From Octopus sinensis (Eukaryota): a stretch of 31,860 nucleotides of DNA. Of this stretch, positions 11,690 to 23,361 are shown piece by piece (position 1 is the stretch's first letter; each line of letters begins with the position of its first letter). Location: the NCBI RefSeq assembly GCF_006345805.1, contig NW_021829659.1, forward strand, positions 1 through 31,860, given 5' to 3'. Below the pieces are notes generated by a model. It saw nothing but the letters and a program-made list of their open reading frames with translations. It had not been told where the DNA came from and searched no databases. A program made the translations under genes and the position numbers.

Positions 11690-11945
11690 CGAGCTGGCTG
11701 AATCGTTAGCATGCCGGGTGAAAGGCGTAGCCGTATTGTCTGTCCTTGTTTGTCCCCTCTATGTTTAGCCCCTTGTGGGTTGTAAAGAAATAGGTATTTC
11801 ATCTGCCGTTACGTTCTGAGTTCAAATTCAGCCGAGGTCAATTTTGTCTTTCATCCTTTCGGGGTCGATTAAATAAGTACCAGTTACACACTGGGGATCG
11901 ATGTAATCGACTTAATCCCTTTGTCCCCTCTATGTTTAGCCCCTT
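11690..11945 (+). mobile_element. SINE family B, rearranged (tail segment duplicated internally)
   Basis: Similar to 6047-6277; gtcccctctatgtttagccccttgtg occurs twice. Confidence 0.75.
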
Positions 11946-12095
11946 GTGTGCTATAGAAAAAGAGATATAAGTGAGTTTATCCTACCCGGTTTCTTATTCA
12001 TGATATGGAAGGTAGAAATGACATCTAATTTGGGTAAATCAGATCTTAAGTCAATCTGGCTGTGACCATGGGGGGGGTCTGTGGATTAAAGGCAT

Positions 12096-12775
12096 CATCA
12101 TCATTGCTCGACCGTGGTTGAGACAATGGAATTTACTATGTTACGCCAGACTTCACGGTCCATCATAGCATTACGGAGGTCCTGTTGCTGGATGCCTGTA
12201 TCCCTGGAGATTACATCAGGGTAGGAGAGTGTGTGCCCTCTGGTATCGCGAGCAGATTGCTTCCAGAGGAGAAGAGTAGAAATTATCTCGTTTTCAGCTC
12301 TACAACAATGTCCAGCAAACTGGACTCTCCTACCTTTCACAAGAGATGACACAGGTGGTAGTTTCCCATATATTTGCATTTTGGTTGGATGGCGCTTCCA
12401 CGAGAGATTTTGAGCTCTCATAAGGAGGCGAGTGTAGGTTCCATCCAACCGCCTCTCAAGCTTCTTTGATAACATCCAGGTTTCTGAGCCATATGGTAGA
12501 ATTGGTTCGACTGTGGCTTTGAAGATTTCAAATTTGAAGTCTCTACTTAGATTTGATGACCAGATCTTATGCATATCATTACAAGCTGACCAGGCCATAC
12601 CCTTTCTAGTTAGAAAATCTTTTCCAGATGATGAAGTTCCATCCAACCGCCTCTCAAGCTTCTTTGATAACATCCAGGTTTCTGAGCCATATAGTAGAAT
12701 TGGTTCAACTGTGGCTTTGAAGATTTCAAGTTTGAAGTCTCTACTTAGATTTGATGACCAGATCTTATGCATATC
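12096..12775 (-). mobile_element. 5'-truncated RTE-clade LINE with in-frame 198-bp internal duplication
   Basis: Post-RT peptide ...FKATVEPILLYGSETW...RRVQFAGHCCR...AMMDREVWR; (TGA)n tail; TSD aaaggcat at 12088-12095 and 12776-12783. Confidence 0.85.
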
Positions 12776-12854
12776 AAAGGCATTACAACCATGACAATCC
12801 TGTCATATTCCCTTCCTAGACTGAGTGTTTGTCGAACCACATCGACCAATGATA

Positions 12855-13390
12855 GGCGCAGGAGTGGCTGTGTGGTAAGTAGCTTGCTTACCAACCACAT
12901 GGTTCCGGGTTCTGTCCCACTGCGTGGCACCTTGGGCAAGTGTCTTCTACTATAGCCTCGGGCCGACCAATGCCTTGTGAGTGGATTTGGTAGACGGAAA
13001 CTGAAAGAAGCCCGTCGCATATATGTATATATATGTGTGTGTGTATGTTTTTGTATCTGTGTTTGTCCTCCTAGCATTGCTTGACAACCGATGCTGGTGT
13101 GTTTATGTCCCCGTCACTTAGCGGTTCGGCAAAAAGAGACCGATAGAATAAGTACTGGGCTTACAAAAGAATAAGTCCCGGGGTCGATTTGCTCGATTAA
13201 AGGCGGTGCTCCAGCATGGCCGCAGTCAAATGACTGAAACAAGTAAAAGAGTAAAGTTAGCGGTTCAGCAAAAGAGACCGATAGAATAAGTACTGGGCTT
13301 ACAAAAGAATAAGTCCCGGGGTCGATTTGCTCGATTAAAGGCGGTGCTCCAGCATGGCCACAGTCAAATGACTGAAACAAGTAAAAGAAA
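12855..13390 (+). mobile_element. SINE family A with its 3' ~135 bp tandemly duplicated
   Basis: ttagcggttc...gaaacaagtaaaaga occurs twice, back to back. Confidence 0.88.
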
Positions 13391-13410
13391 AGAAAAAAAA
13401 GAATATATAC

Positions 13411-13559
13411 TTCTCATTGAATGTGAGGGTCCGTAGAACCCATTCCGTCTGTGGATTTATAAGGACTTTGTCTTTCTGGAACCATGATGTAGAATTTGTC
13501 CCTGTTCCGTTGAAAATGAATGCACGTTCATGGTCCTTTTTAATCAGATGAAATTTAAC
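13411..13559 (-). CDS. Coding exon 4
   Basis: tatttgcag|GTT acceptor, phase 0. Reads VKFHLIKKDHERAFIFNGTGTNSTSWFQKDKVLINPQTEWVLRTLTFNE(K). The donor AA|GTATAT is weak, but phase 2 fits exon 5. Confidence 0.8.
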
Positions 13560-13600
13560 CTGCAAATAGTAAGTTTACTGATCTGTAAAGAATATAAGAA

Positions 13601-15444
13601 GGCGCAGGAGTGGCTGTGTGGTAAGTAGCTTGCTAACCAACCACATGGTTCCGGGTTCAGTCCCACTGCGTGGCACCTTGGGCAAGTGTCTTCTTCTATA
13701 GCCCCTAGCCGACCAAAGACTTGTGAGTGGATTTGGTAGACGGAAACTGAAAGAAGCCTGTCGTATATATGTATATATATATATATAGGCGCAGGAGTGG
13801 CTGTGTGGTAAGTAGCTTGCTAACCAACCACATGGTTCCGGGTTCAGTCCCACTGCGTGGCACCTTTGGCAAGTGTCTTCTTCTATAGCCCCGGGCTGAC
13901 CAATGCCTTGTGAGTGGATTTGGTAGACGGAAACTGAAAGAAGCCTATCGTATATATGTATATATATATTATAGGCGTAGGAGTGGCTGTGTGGTAAGTA
14001 GCTTGCTAACCAACCACATGGTTCCGGGTTCAGTCCCACTGCGTGGCACCTTGGGCAAGTGTCTTCTTCTATAGCCCCTAGCCGACCAAAGACTTGTGAG
14101 TGGATTTGGTAGACGGAAACTGAAGAAGCCTGTCGTATATATGTATATTATATATATAGGCGCAGGAGTGGCTGTGTGGTAAGTAGCTTGCTAACCAACC
14201 ACATGGTTCCGGTTCAGTCCCACTGCGTGGCACCTTGGGCAAGTGTCTTCTTCTATAGCCCCTAGCCGACCAAAGACTTGTGAGTGGATTTGGTAGACGG
14301 AAACTGAAAGAAGCCTGTCGTATATATGTATATATATATATATAGGCGCAGGAGTGGCTGTGTGGTAAGTAGCTTGCTAACCAACCACATGGTTCCGGGT
14401 TCAGTCCCACTGCGTGGCACCTTGAGCAAGTGTCTTCCACTGTAGCCCCGGGCTGACCAATGCCTTGTGAGTGGATTTGGTAGACGGAAACTGAAAGAAG
14501 CCTGTCGTATATATGTATATATATATATATAGGCGTAGGAGTGGCTGTGTGGTAAGTAGCTTGCTAACCAACCACATGGTTCCGGGTTCAGTCCCACTGC
14601 GTGGCACCTTGGGCAAGTGTCTTCTTCTATAGCCCCGGGCTGACCAATGCCTTGTGAATGGATTTGGTAGACGGAAACTGAAAGAAGCCTGTCGTATATA
14701 TGTATATATATATATATATAGGCGTAGGAGTGGCTGTGTGGTAAGTAGCTTGCTAACCAACCACATGGTTCCGGGTTCAGTCCCACTGCGTGACACCTTG
14801 GGCAAGTGTCTTCTTCTATAGCCCCGGGCTGACCAATGCCTTGTGAGTGGATTTGGTAGACGGAAACTGAAAGAAGCCTGTCGTATATATGTATATATTA
14901 TATATATAGGCGTAGGAGTGGCTGTGTGGTAAGTAGCTTGCTAACCAACCACATGGTTCCGGGTTCAGTCCCACTGCGTGACACACCTTGGGCAAGTGTC
15001 TTCTTCTATAGCCCCGGGCTGACCATGCCTTGTGAGTGGATTTGGTAGACGGAAACTGAAAGAAGCCTGTCGTATATATGTATATTATATATATATAATA
15101 GGCGTAGGAGTGGCTGTGTGTAAGTAGCTTGCTAACCACCCACATGGTTCGGGTTCAGTCCCACTGCGTGGCACCTTGGGCAAGTGTCTTCTTCTATAGC
15201 CCCGGGCTGACCAATGCCTTGTGAATGGATTTGGTAGACGGAAACTGAAAGAAGCCTGTCGTATATATGTATATATATATATATAGGCGTAGGAGTGGCT
15301 GTGTGGTAAGTAGCTTGCTAACCAACCAATGGTTCCGGTTCAGTCCCACTGCGTGGCACCTTGGGCAAGTGCCTTCTTTTATAGCCCCGGGCTGACCAAT
15401 GCCTTGTGAGTGGATTTGTAGACGGAAACTGAAAGAAGCCTGTC

Positions 15445-15515
<71 letters not shown>

Positions 15516-15715
15516 TTGTGTGTCTGTGTTTGTCCCCCTAGCATTGCTTGACAACCGATGCTGGTATGTTTACGTCCCCGTCACTTAGCGGTTCGGCAAA
15601 AGAGACCGATAGAATAAGTACTGGGCTTACAAAGAATAAGTCCCGGGGTCGAGTTGCTCGATTAAAGGCGGTGCTCCAGCATGGCCGCAGTCAAATGACT
15701 GAAACAAGTAAAAGA
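13601..15715 (+). repeat. Ten head-to-tail ~187-bp copies of the SINE A 5' half; the last runs on to a full 3' end
   Basis: Heads at 13601, 13788, 13974, 14159, 14345, 14532, 14721, 14909, 15101, 15286. Junctions lie in (TA)n. Confidence 0.95.
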
Positions 15716-16180
15716 GAGAGAGAGAGAGAGTAAAAGAGGGAAGATAGAGTGGTATGACGAGAAAGGAGGAGGTTATGATGTGATATAGGGAAGAGAGTAG
15801 GCGGGAGAGAAGGAGAGGGAGAGAACAGTGGGGTGGATGGGGGAAGAGTGAGAGTTTGAGAGTGAGAGAGTGTCAGAGCAAAAGAGAGGAAAAATTAGAG
15901 AAGGTAGAGAGAGATAGAGAGAGGGAGTGAGAGACAGATAGATAGAAAGAGAGAGAGATAGAAAGAGGGAGAGAGAGAGAGAGAGAGGGAGACAGAGAAC
16001 GAAAGAAAGAAATAAAAAAGAAAGAAGGAAAGAAAGAAAAAAAGAAAGAAAGAAAGAAAGGAAGAAGAAGACAGGAAACAAGAAAGAAAGAAAGACAGAA
16101 GAAAAGAAGAAAGAAAGAAAGGAAGGAAGGAAGGAAGGAAGAAAGAAAGAAAGTAAGAAAGAAAGAAAGATAGAAAGAAA

Positions 16181-16217
<37 letters not shown>

Positions 16218-16800
16218 GAAGGAAGAAAGACAGGAAACAAGAAAGAAAGAAAGACAGAAGAAAAAAAGAAAGAAAGAAAGAAGGAAGGAAGAAAGAAAGA
16301 AAGTAAGAAAGAAAGAAAGATAGAAAGAAAGGAAGAAAGAAGAAAGAAAGAAAGAAAGAAAGAAAGGAAGGAAGAAAGACAGGAAACAAGAAAGAAAGAA
16401 AGACAGAAGAAAAGAAAGAAAGAAAGAAAGGAAAAAGAAAGAAAGGAAAAAGATATGAAGAGAGAACGAAAGAAAGGAAGAAAGAAAGGAGAAAGAAAGA
16501 AAGGAAGAAAGAAAGAAAGAAAGAAAGGAAAAAGATATGAAGAGAGAACGAAAGAAAGGAAGAAAGAAAGGAGAAAGAAAGAAAGGAAGAAAGAAAGAAA
16601 GAAAGAAAGGAAAAAGAAAGAAAGGAAAAAGATATGAAGAGAGAACGAAAGAAAGGAAGAAAGAAAGGAGAAAGAAACAAAGGAAGAAAGAAAGAAAGAA
16701 AGAAAGGAAAAAGATATGAAGAGAGAACGAAAGAAAGGAAGAAAGAAAGAAAGGAAGACAGAAAGGAAGAAAGAAAGAAAGAAAGATAGAAAGAAAGGAA

Positions 16801-16833
<33 letters not shown>

Positions 16834-17189
16834 AAGAAAGAAAGAAAAAAGAAAGGAAGATAGAAAGAAGGAAAGAAAGATAGAAAGAAAGAAAGAAAAA
16901 AGAAAGTAAGATAGAAAGAAAGAAAGAAAGATAGAAAGAAAGAAAGAAAAAAGAAAGGAAGATAGAAAGAAGGAAAGAAAGATAGAAAGAAAGAAAGAAA
17001 AAAGAAAGGAAGATAGAAAGAAAGAAAGAAAAAAGAATGTAAGAAAGAAAAAAGAAAGAAAGATAGAAAGAAAGAAAGAAAGGAAAAAAGAAAGAAAGAT
17101 AAAAAGATAAAAAAAAAGAAAGGAAAAAAAGAAAGAAAGAAAAAAAGAAACGAAGAAAGAAAGGAAAAAAAGAGAAAGAAAAAATAAAG

Positions 17190-17220
<31 letters not shown>

Positions 17221-17225
17221 AGGAA
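15716..17225. repeat. ~1.5-kb polypurine (GAAA)n tract with ~82-bp sub-repeats
   Basis: Direct reading; gatatgaagagagaacg recurs four times at ~16450-16730. Confidence 0.95.
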
Positions 17226-17350
17226 CGAAGGTGAGAGGATGGAATGCAAAATAGCAATTGAAAAAGTGCAAGATTAAGATAAGGGGAGCGAAAGAATTTG
17301 GATTGAGGAGAAAAAACACAGGTGACTAATAAGACAGAAAATCGGAATAA

Positions 17351-18525
17351 TCCTTATATATAAAAGTGAGGTTGTGTGAGTGTCTGTCTCCTACGATTTA
17401 GATTCCTAACTACTCCCACATTTTGCGGTGCAGTTTAACCAAAACCGGGTATCTTATAGTCGTGATTCATATCGAGCCCTTCTGGGTATTAGCGCGCGTC
17501 TACGATGAGTCAACGATTTAATAAAAATTTACCATCATTTTTTTTTTTTTTGTATTTTGCATTTTTCCCGCTATTCTATAAGGAAGTAACTCTCTAAAAA
17601 TGTCTACGATGAGTCAACGATTTAAAAAAAAATTACCATCATTTTTTTTCCATTTTAATGCATTTTTTTTGCTATTTTTTGGCTATAACTCTCTAAAAAT
17701 GCTTATATAATTATTTCCCTTACAAACCCGAGCAACGCCGGGCGATACTGCTAGTTTATATATAAAAGAAAGTTTGTGTGTCTGTCTCCTACGATTTAGA
17801 TTCCTAACTACTCCCACATTTTGCGGTGCAGTTTAACCAAAACCGGGTATCTTATAGTCGTGATTCATATCGAGCCCTTCTGGGTATTAGCGCGCGTCTA
17901 CGATGAGTCTACGATTTAAAAAAAATTTACCATCATTTTTTACCATTTTAATGCATTTTTTCGTTATTATATAAGGGAAGTAACTCTCTAAAAATGTCTA
18001 CGATGAGTCAACGATTAAAAAAAAATTTACCATCATTTTTTTCCATTTTAATGCATTTTTTCGCTATTATATAAGGGAAGTAACTCTCTAAAAATGTCTA
18101 CGATGAGTCAACGATTTAAAAAGAAAATTTACCGTCATTTTTTTTCCATTTTAATGCATTTTTTCCCGCTATTCTATAAGGGAAGTAACTCTCTAAAAAT
18201 GTCTACGATGAGTCAACGATTTAAAAAAAAATTTACCATCATTTTTTTCCATTTTAATGCATTTTTTCGCTAAAAATGTCTACGATGAGTCAACGATTTA
18301 AAAAAAAATTGACCATCATTTTTTTTTCCATTTTAATGCATTTTTTTTTTCCTATTATATAAGGGAAGTAACTCTCTAAAAATGTCTACGATGAGTCAAC
18401 GATTTAAAAAAAAATTTACCGTCATTTTTTTTCCATTTTTTGCTATTTTTTGGCTATAACTCTCTAAAAATGCTTATATAGTTATTTCCCTTACAAACCC
18501 GAGCAACGCCGGGCGATACTGCTAG
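17351..18525 (+). mobile_element. Two head-to-tail non-autonomous Helitrons (17351-17754, 17755-18525)
   Basis: A|TC start; both end with the hairpin plus CTAG; 2 and 6 internal repeat units respectively. Confidence 0.85.
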
Positions 18526-18806
18526 TAACTAATAAGTTAGGATTTCGGAGTCTTTGTAAAAGATTCGTTGCATCCGTGAGAAGTAGAAAAATCAGAAAAA
18601 AAGCAAAAGATAAAAGCAGCAAGAATCAATCCCAACTCAGTCTGATATTGATATTCCGTGGATGAATAAAGGGAGACATCGGGACCGGATGTAAGGGGTA
18701 AGTGATGTCACGTGAAGAAGCGGGGCTTTTGAACATCCTCCTTGTTTGGTCACGACTATGAGGGGAACGGACGTGTGGAACGGATGTCAGAGGGATTGTA
18801 CTTTCT

Positions 18807-19026
18807 TATTTCTTTACTACCCACAAGGGGCTAAACAGAGAGGGGACAAACAAGGACAGACAATCGGATTAAGTCGATTATAGCGACCCTAGTGCGTAAC
18901 TGGTACTTTATTTATCGATCCCGAAAGGATGAAAGGCAAAGTCGACCTCGGCGGAATTTGAACTCAGAACGTAACGGCATACGAAATACCGCTAGGCATT
19001 TCACGTTTCGGTCAGCTCGCCGCCTT
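18807..19026 (-). mobile_element. SINE family B
   Basis: 16-bp TSD agggattgtactttct at 18791-18806 and 19035-19050. Confidence 0.88.
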
Positions 19027-19335
19027 AAGCATTAAGGGATTGTACTTTCTGGCCAGATGCTGGAGCTGTTCACACGTCTAGGTAGGTCCAGCAAGTCCTT
19101 CAGACCCTGGTAGAGTTTAACTTCATACCCTGATAAGAACATTCTTACTTTTGCCGTCTCTATGTAAGAACATTTTTATCTTTGCTGTCCCATCAACATA
19201 TTTTTGAACTTCGACCTAAATTTCTTCCTTGTACTTCTTCCATTCAAAACACAAGACAAACACTTTTCTTTGCTGAGACAGAACCTTCTCATAATCTCTT
19301 TCCGTCTTTCTGTAACTCATGTCTACTAAATAGAG

Positions 19336-19480
19336 AATACCAAACTCATTCCCTATGGATACCGTATTTATTACAACGAGTGGCTTGTAAACGTATCTAA
19401 CCTCGCTTTCGCTCGTTAGATACGTTTACAAGCCACTCGTTGTAATAAATACGGTATCCATAGGGAATGAGTTTGGTATT
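19336..19480. repeat. Perfect palindrome, 66-bp arms, 13-nt loop ctcgctttcgctc
   Basis: 19336-19401 is the exact reverse complement of 19415-19480. Confidence 0.95.
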
Positions 19481-19964
19481 TTATTTATTACACACGAATA
19501 AACGACCATATTTAACAAAACCATTCACCTTGGTATCGACAACAGTAGCCACATTGTTGATAGATCTACCTGCACTGCAAGAGTATCAACGAGCAGACGA
19601 AATATGTTGTGATATTTTTGGCAACAAAAAATTGAATTACCACCAGAAATGTTTATAGTTTATGTGTATATGACTTTAAGTGATATCTGGTATAAAAAGA
19701 TAGTATGTTTGTTTAATTACATGGCTACATTCTACCTGCTCGTGAAAGTAATGAATGAAGTTTAGTTGTAACTTATAATGACAAAAGTATGGCGTCACCG
19801 TGACCTCGGGTCATCACCATGGATTGACCAATCAGAAGCAGCGCTCGCAGTATCTGACATATGTTAGATACCAAAAATATCTCAAAGTGTTCTCACTCAC
19901 ATGTGTGTAATAATCTCACTATACCTACGCTTGTATGTATATATATAATGAGTTGCGACGTCAC

Positions 19965-20133
19965 AGGTGCCAGTCCATCGCAGCGTTACTCATTTTTGCC
20001 AGCTGAGTGGACTGGAGCAACGTGAAATGAAGTGTTTTGCTCAAGAACACAATGCGTCGCCCGGTCCAGGAATCGAAACCACAATCTTACGATCATGATG
20101 CGGACACCTTAACCACTAAGCTACGTGCTTCCA
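19965..20133 (-). mobile_element. 5' part of a tRNA-derived SINE with CORE-like segment
   Basis: Minus strand: tagcttagtggttaag (A box), ggtttcgattcct (B box), tgttcttgagcaaaacactt...ccactcagctg. Confidence 0.7.
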
Positions 20134-20162
20134 CGCTCCAAAAGATATCAAAAATTCCTTAC

Positions 20163-20260
20163 CTTTTCAATAGGCAGTTTGTCCCAGTATAAATATATAG
20201 GACTTCTTTTAAATGAGTATTTGGTCATCTCAAATACTTTCTGCCAGCTTGTACCTGTAC
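20163..20260 (-). CDS. Coding exon 3
   Basis: ttgttgcag|GT acceptor and AAG|GTAAGG donor; 98 nt, phase 1 to 0. Reads (G)TGTSWQKVFEMTKYSFKRSPIYLYWDKLPIEK. Not in the ORF track. Confidence 0.85.
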
Positions 20261-20273
20261 CTGCAACAAATAA

Positions 20274-20576
20274 TCTTTATATATAAAACTGAAGTTGTGT
20301 GAGAGTCTGTCTCCTCCGATTTAGATTCCTAACTACTCCCACATTTTGCGGTGAAGTTTAACCAAAAGCAGGTATCTTATAGTCGTGATTCATATCGAGC
20401 CCTTCTGGGTATTAGCGCGCGTTTACGATGAGTCTACGATTAAAAAAAAAATATCATCATTTTTTCGTTTTTTTAATGCATTTTTTGCTCGGTTTATATA
20501 AGGGAAGTAACTCTCTAAAAATGCTTATATAGTTATTTCCCTTACAAACCCGAGCAACGCCGGGCGATACTGCTAG
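20274..20576 (+). mobile_element. Non-autonomous Helitron with a single internal unit
   Basis: A|TCTTTATATATAAAA start; hairpin plus CTAG|T end. Confidence 0.85.
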
Positions 20577-21069
20577 TAATCAATAATTTAGATGTAAAGA
20601 TACAGACAGGATGTTAGCCCTTAAACGGCAGGAAAGGGCTACATGAATGTCTTTGATTAACGAGCAAAAATCTAAAAATATCTGTTTTTCTTAAGGGTAA
20701 TTTTTACACCCCTATTTTAAATAAGTACAAATGCTAAAATAATCTTTAGTCTCTCACAAATAAAATTTTCAATCTGATTATCGAAAAGTGCCGTAAAATA
20801 TTCACTTTCCTTTGCACCTTTTGTGAGCAGATATTCATTTGAGATTCCTGTACTGTTGTTGTCAAACGAATGTACGAATCTTGTATTTAATTTTTTCTAT
20901 ATGATGTAATTTTTTATATATGGTATAATTAAAATTGTTGAATTGATAAAAGGTGGGGGTTTTTTTCTAATTTATATATATAATATTTTGTGAAATTTGA
21001 TTTAGTATTTCTAAATTAAATTTTTCCCTGTAAGTTTGGAATTATATTCCCTAATATTATTATTATTAT

Positions 21070-21408
21070 TATTGAGTGAGAGAGCAGTGCATGCCATCAA
21101 AGTGACACTGGGGTAAAATATACGATGCCCAGTATACCCACCATGACTACCCGTCTGATAAGGGTACACTAGGCACATGCATCACAACCATATGTGCGCG
21201 ACATGGTGATCTCATATGAAGATAAACAGCACATGACCTTGCAGGTAGGGCCCAGTTAGAATTTTCTTCAGGTCGAGTAACCCATCCCACTCGAAAGGTC
21301 TCTGAATAAGGGTTGTTTAAGGATGTTGAACGAAACACCCATGTTTCCAGAGGTGAATTATTCAAACCCCAAAGAATCCCTCTCAACACACGGTTATGAT
21401 GCTTCCCC
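21070..21408. mobile_element. Non-coding interspersed repeat inserted in (TAA)n
   Basis: Bounded by (ATT)n on both sides; its first ~32 bp (gagtgagagagcagtgcatgccatcaaagtga) recur after (ATT)n at ~23398. Confidence 0.55.
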
Positions 21409-21410
21409 AC

Positions 21411-21471
<61 letters not shown>

Positions 21472-21474
<3 letters not shown>

Positions 21475-22797
21475 TTTACTTTTTTTTTCTTCTTTCAAAT
21501 TTGCTTCCATTTCTTGCCGAGTGTCTTCCCGACTCCTAGGGCAAAGAAACTCAGAGTATATATTGGTAGGCCATTAAACCAAACTCAGTAGTTCGTTCAT
21601 TTAAAAAAAAATTTTTTTTAAGTTAAATTAAAATACATGAGCAGCAACAGTTCTCACATCGACAATGCTCTTCTCAATACGTGTGATGTACCAGTTAAGA
21701 CAATCTTTTGCACTTCTTGCAGGGATGGTAAGCCAGGGATCATTCTCATATAATTTTCGGTTCCCTTCTTGATCATTCCTAGTGCTCCTACGATCATGGT
21801 ATTGTAACCGCCTTGAGATGCCACATTTTCTCAATTTCAATGAGTAGGTCTTTATATTTTCTGAGCTTGTCAAACTCTTTCGCTGAGATATTATGATCAC
21901 AGGGGATGCTCATGTCGATCAATAAGCAAACTTTATTGTTTTGGTCTTTCACAACAATACCTGGTTTATTGGCCTTGATGGTTCGGTCTGTATGTACTGG
22001 AAAGTCCCACAGAATGGTTACATTTTCTCCTTCAGTTACAGCCTCAGGGTGGTGATTATACCATTGTCGGCAGTTTTGATATTGTAATGCCGACTTATTA
22101 GCCAGTGGAGATATTGGCCAACTCTGTCATGTCTTAATTTATACTCCACTGTGCTAAGACTTTACATCCAGAGATTAGGTGGTCCACTGTTTCAATCATG
22201 TCGTTGCAGAATCGGCATTTTGGGTCTGCTCCATTTTTCATCACATTGGCCTGGTAGTTCCGGGTTAATAGGCTTTGATCTTGAGCAGCCAGGATGAAAC
22301 CTTCGCTCTCTGCTTTTAGCCCTGAGCTCGTAGCCACTGATGGGTTTGCTTTGGTCAACATCAGCTTGTTTGCTGCGGGTCACATATTTGCCGTGCAGGT
22401 TTCTCCTTCCACCTATCAGCCAATTGCTCGTGCGCTTTTTTCGTTGCCATTATTTTCACTTCTTTGCAACAATGTTGCACATACTTACTTCCCTCGGGTT
22501 GTTCAGTTTGGGTATCCTGCACGAGATCAATAGCAAATTTTTTGCTTTCCTATGATGGAATGAAGCTTCTTTCGTCTCTCGTGATTTTCCACGAGCTTTA
22601 GCATCCAGTCATTCGTTATTTCGAGATATTTGGCCAATCCAATTGTGGTTGTTTTGTAAGCTAGTTCAAATTGGATCAGGCCTCGACCTCCTTGGGCTCT
22701 GGGAAGGTAAAGGCAATCTACGTCTGCCTTTGGGTGGTGCATCCTATTACAACTCAGCAGCTTGCGTATTTTCCTATCTATATTCTTTACTTCACTC
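21472..22797 (-). mobile_element. 5'-truncated R4/Dong-like non-LTR retrotransposon (RLE type), frameshifted
   Basis: Fragments LYLPRAQGGRGL, EGFILAAQDQSL, CCHC knuckle CRFC..ETVDHLISGC, RLE ILWDFPVHTDRTIKANKPGIVV..IDMSIP..KYKDL; 3' UTR followed by (TAA)n. Confidence 0.85.
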
Positions 22798-22798
22798 A

Positions 22799-22845
<47 letters not shown>

Positions 22846-22859
22846 TATTATTATTATAT

Positions 22860-23361
22860 TATCTTTCAGTAGTTTTATTTTTTAGTGTGCTTCACTTCAC
22901 TACCGAGCGCAGCTCTGTGTGCCTTGGGTATGTGCTGTGATTTGTTTGTGATGCTCTGGTGGTTATTGTATGGAAAGTGTTCTGCGTAGGATGTGTGCAG
23001 TGCCTAGTAGTGCAATTTTCTGTATGTTATATGTGTTTGTAAGTCCTGGTGTTTTTGTTATGTATTTGTTGAATATTTTTTATCATGCCTAATGCACCTA
23101 CTATGATAGGAATTGTTTCTGTTTTTAGAGTCCACATTCTGGTTACCTCTATTTCCAGGTCTTTGTATTTTGAAAGTTTCTCAATTTATTTTAGAGACAC
23201 GTTGTCATCTGCCGGTATTGATACATCAATTAGAAAGCATTTTTTTTCTTCATGATCTCTGACAACTATATCTGGTCTGTTGGCCTTAATTTCTCTATCT
23301 GTGTGTATCGGCATATCCCAGAGTATGGTTGCTTTCTCGTTTTCTGTGACCTTTTCTGGTG
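22860..23361 (-). mobile_element. Second, divergent R4/Dong-like 3' fragment
   Basis: ILWDMPIHTDREIKANRPDIVVRD..FLIDVSIP..KYKDLEIEVTRMWTLKTETIPIIVGALG..TAHILRRTLSIQ*; (TAA)n on both sides. Confidence 0.85.

Noticed and set aside
13575-15544. MGLNPEPCGW-type ORFs
   Set aside because: Antisense translations of SINE copies.
15773-17319. 450-490-aa F/L/S-rich ORFs
   Set aside because: Reverse-strand translation of (GAAA)n, which lacks stops by composition.
19149-19290. Possible exon ending at AAA|GTAAGA
   Set aside because: No frame is open from the better acceptor, and the nearer acceptor lacks a pyrimidine tract.
20690-20885. Open minus frame FVHSFDNNSTG..FDNQIENFI with a GTGAGA donor, as an extra exon
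   Set aside because: The acceptor is purine-rich and the gene model is complete without it.
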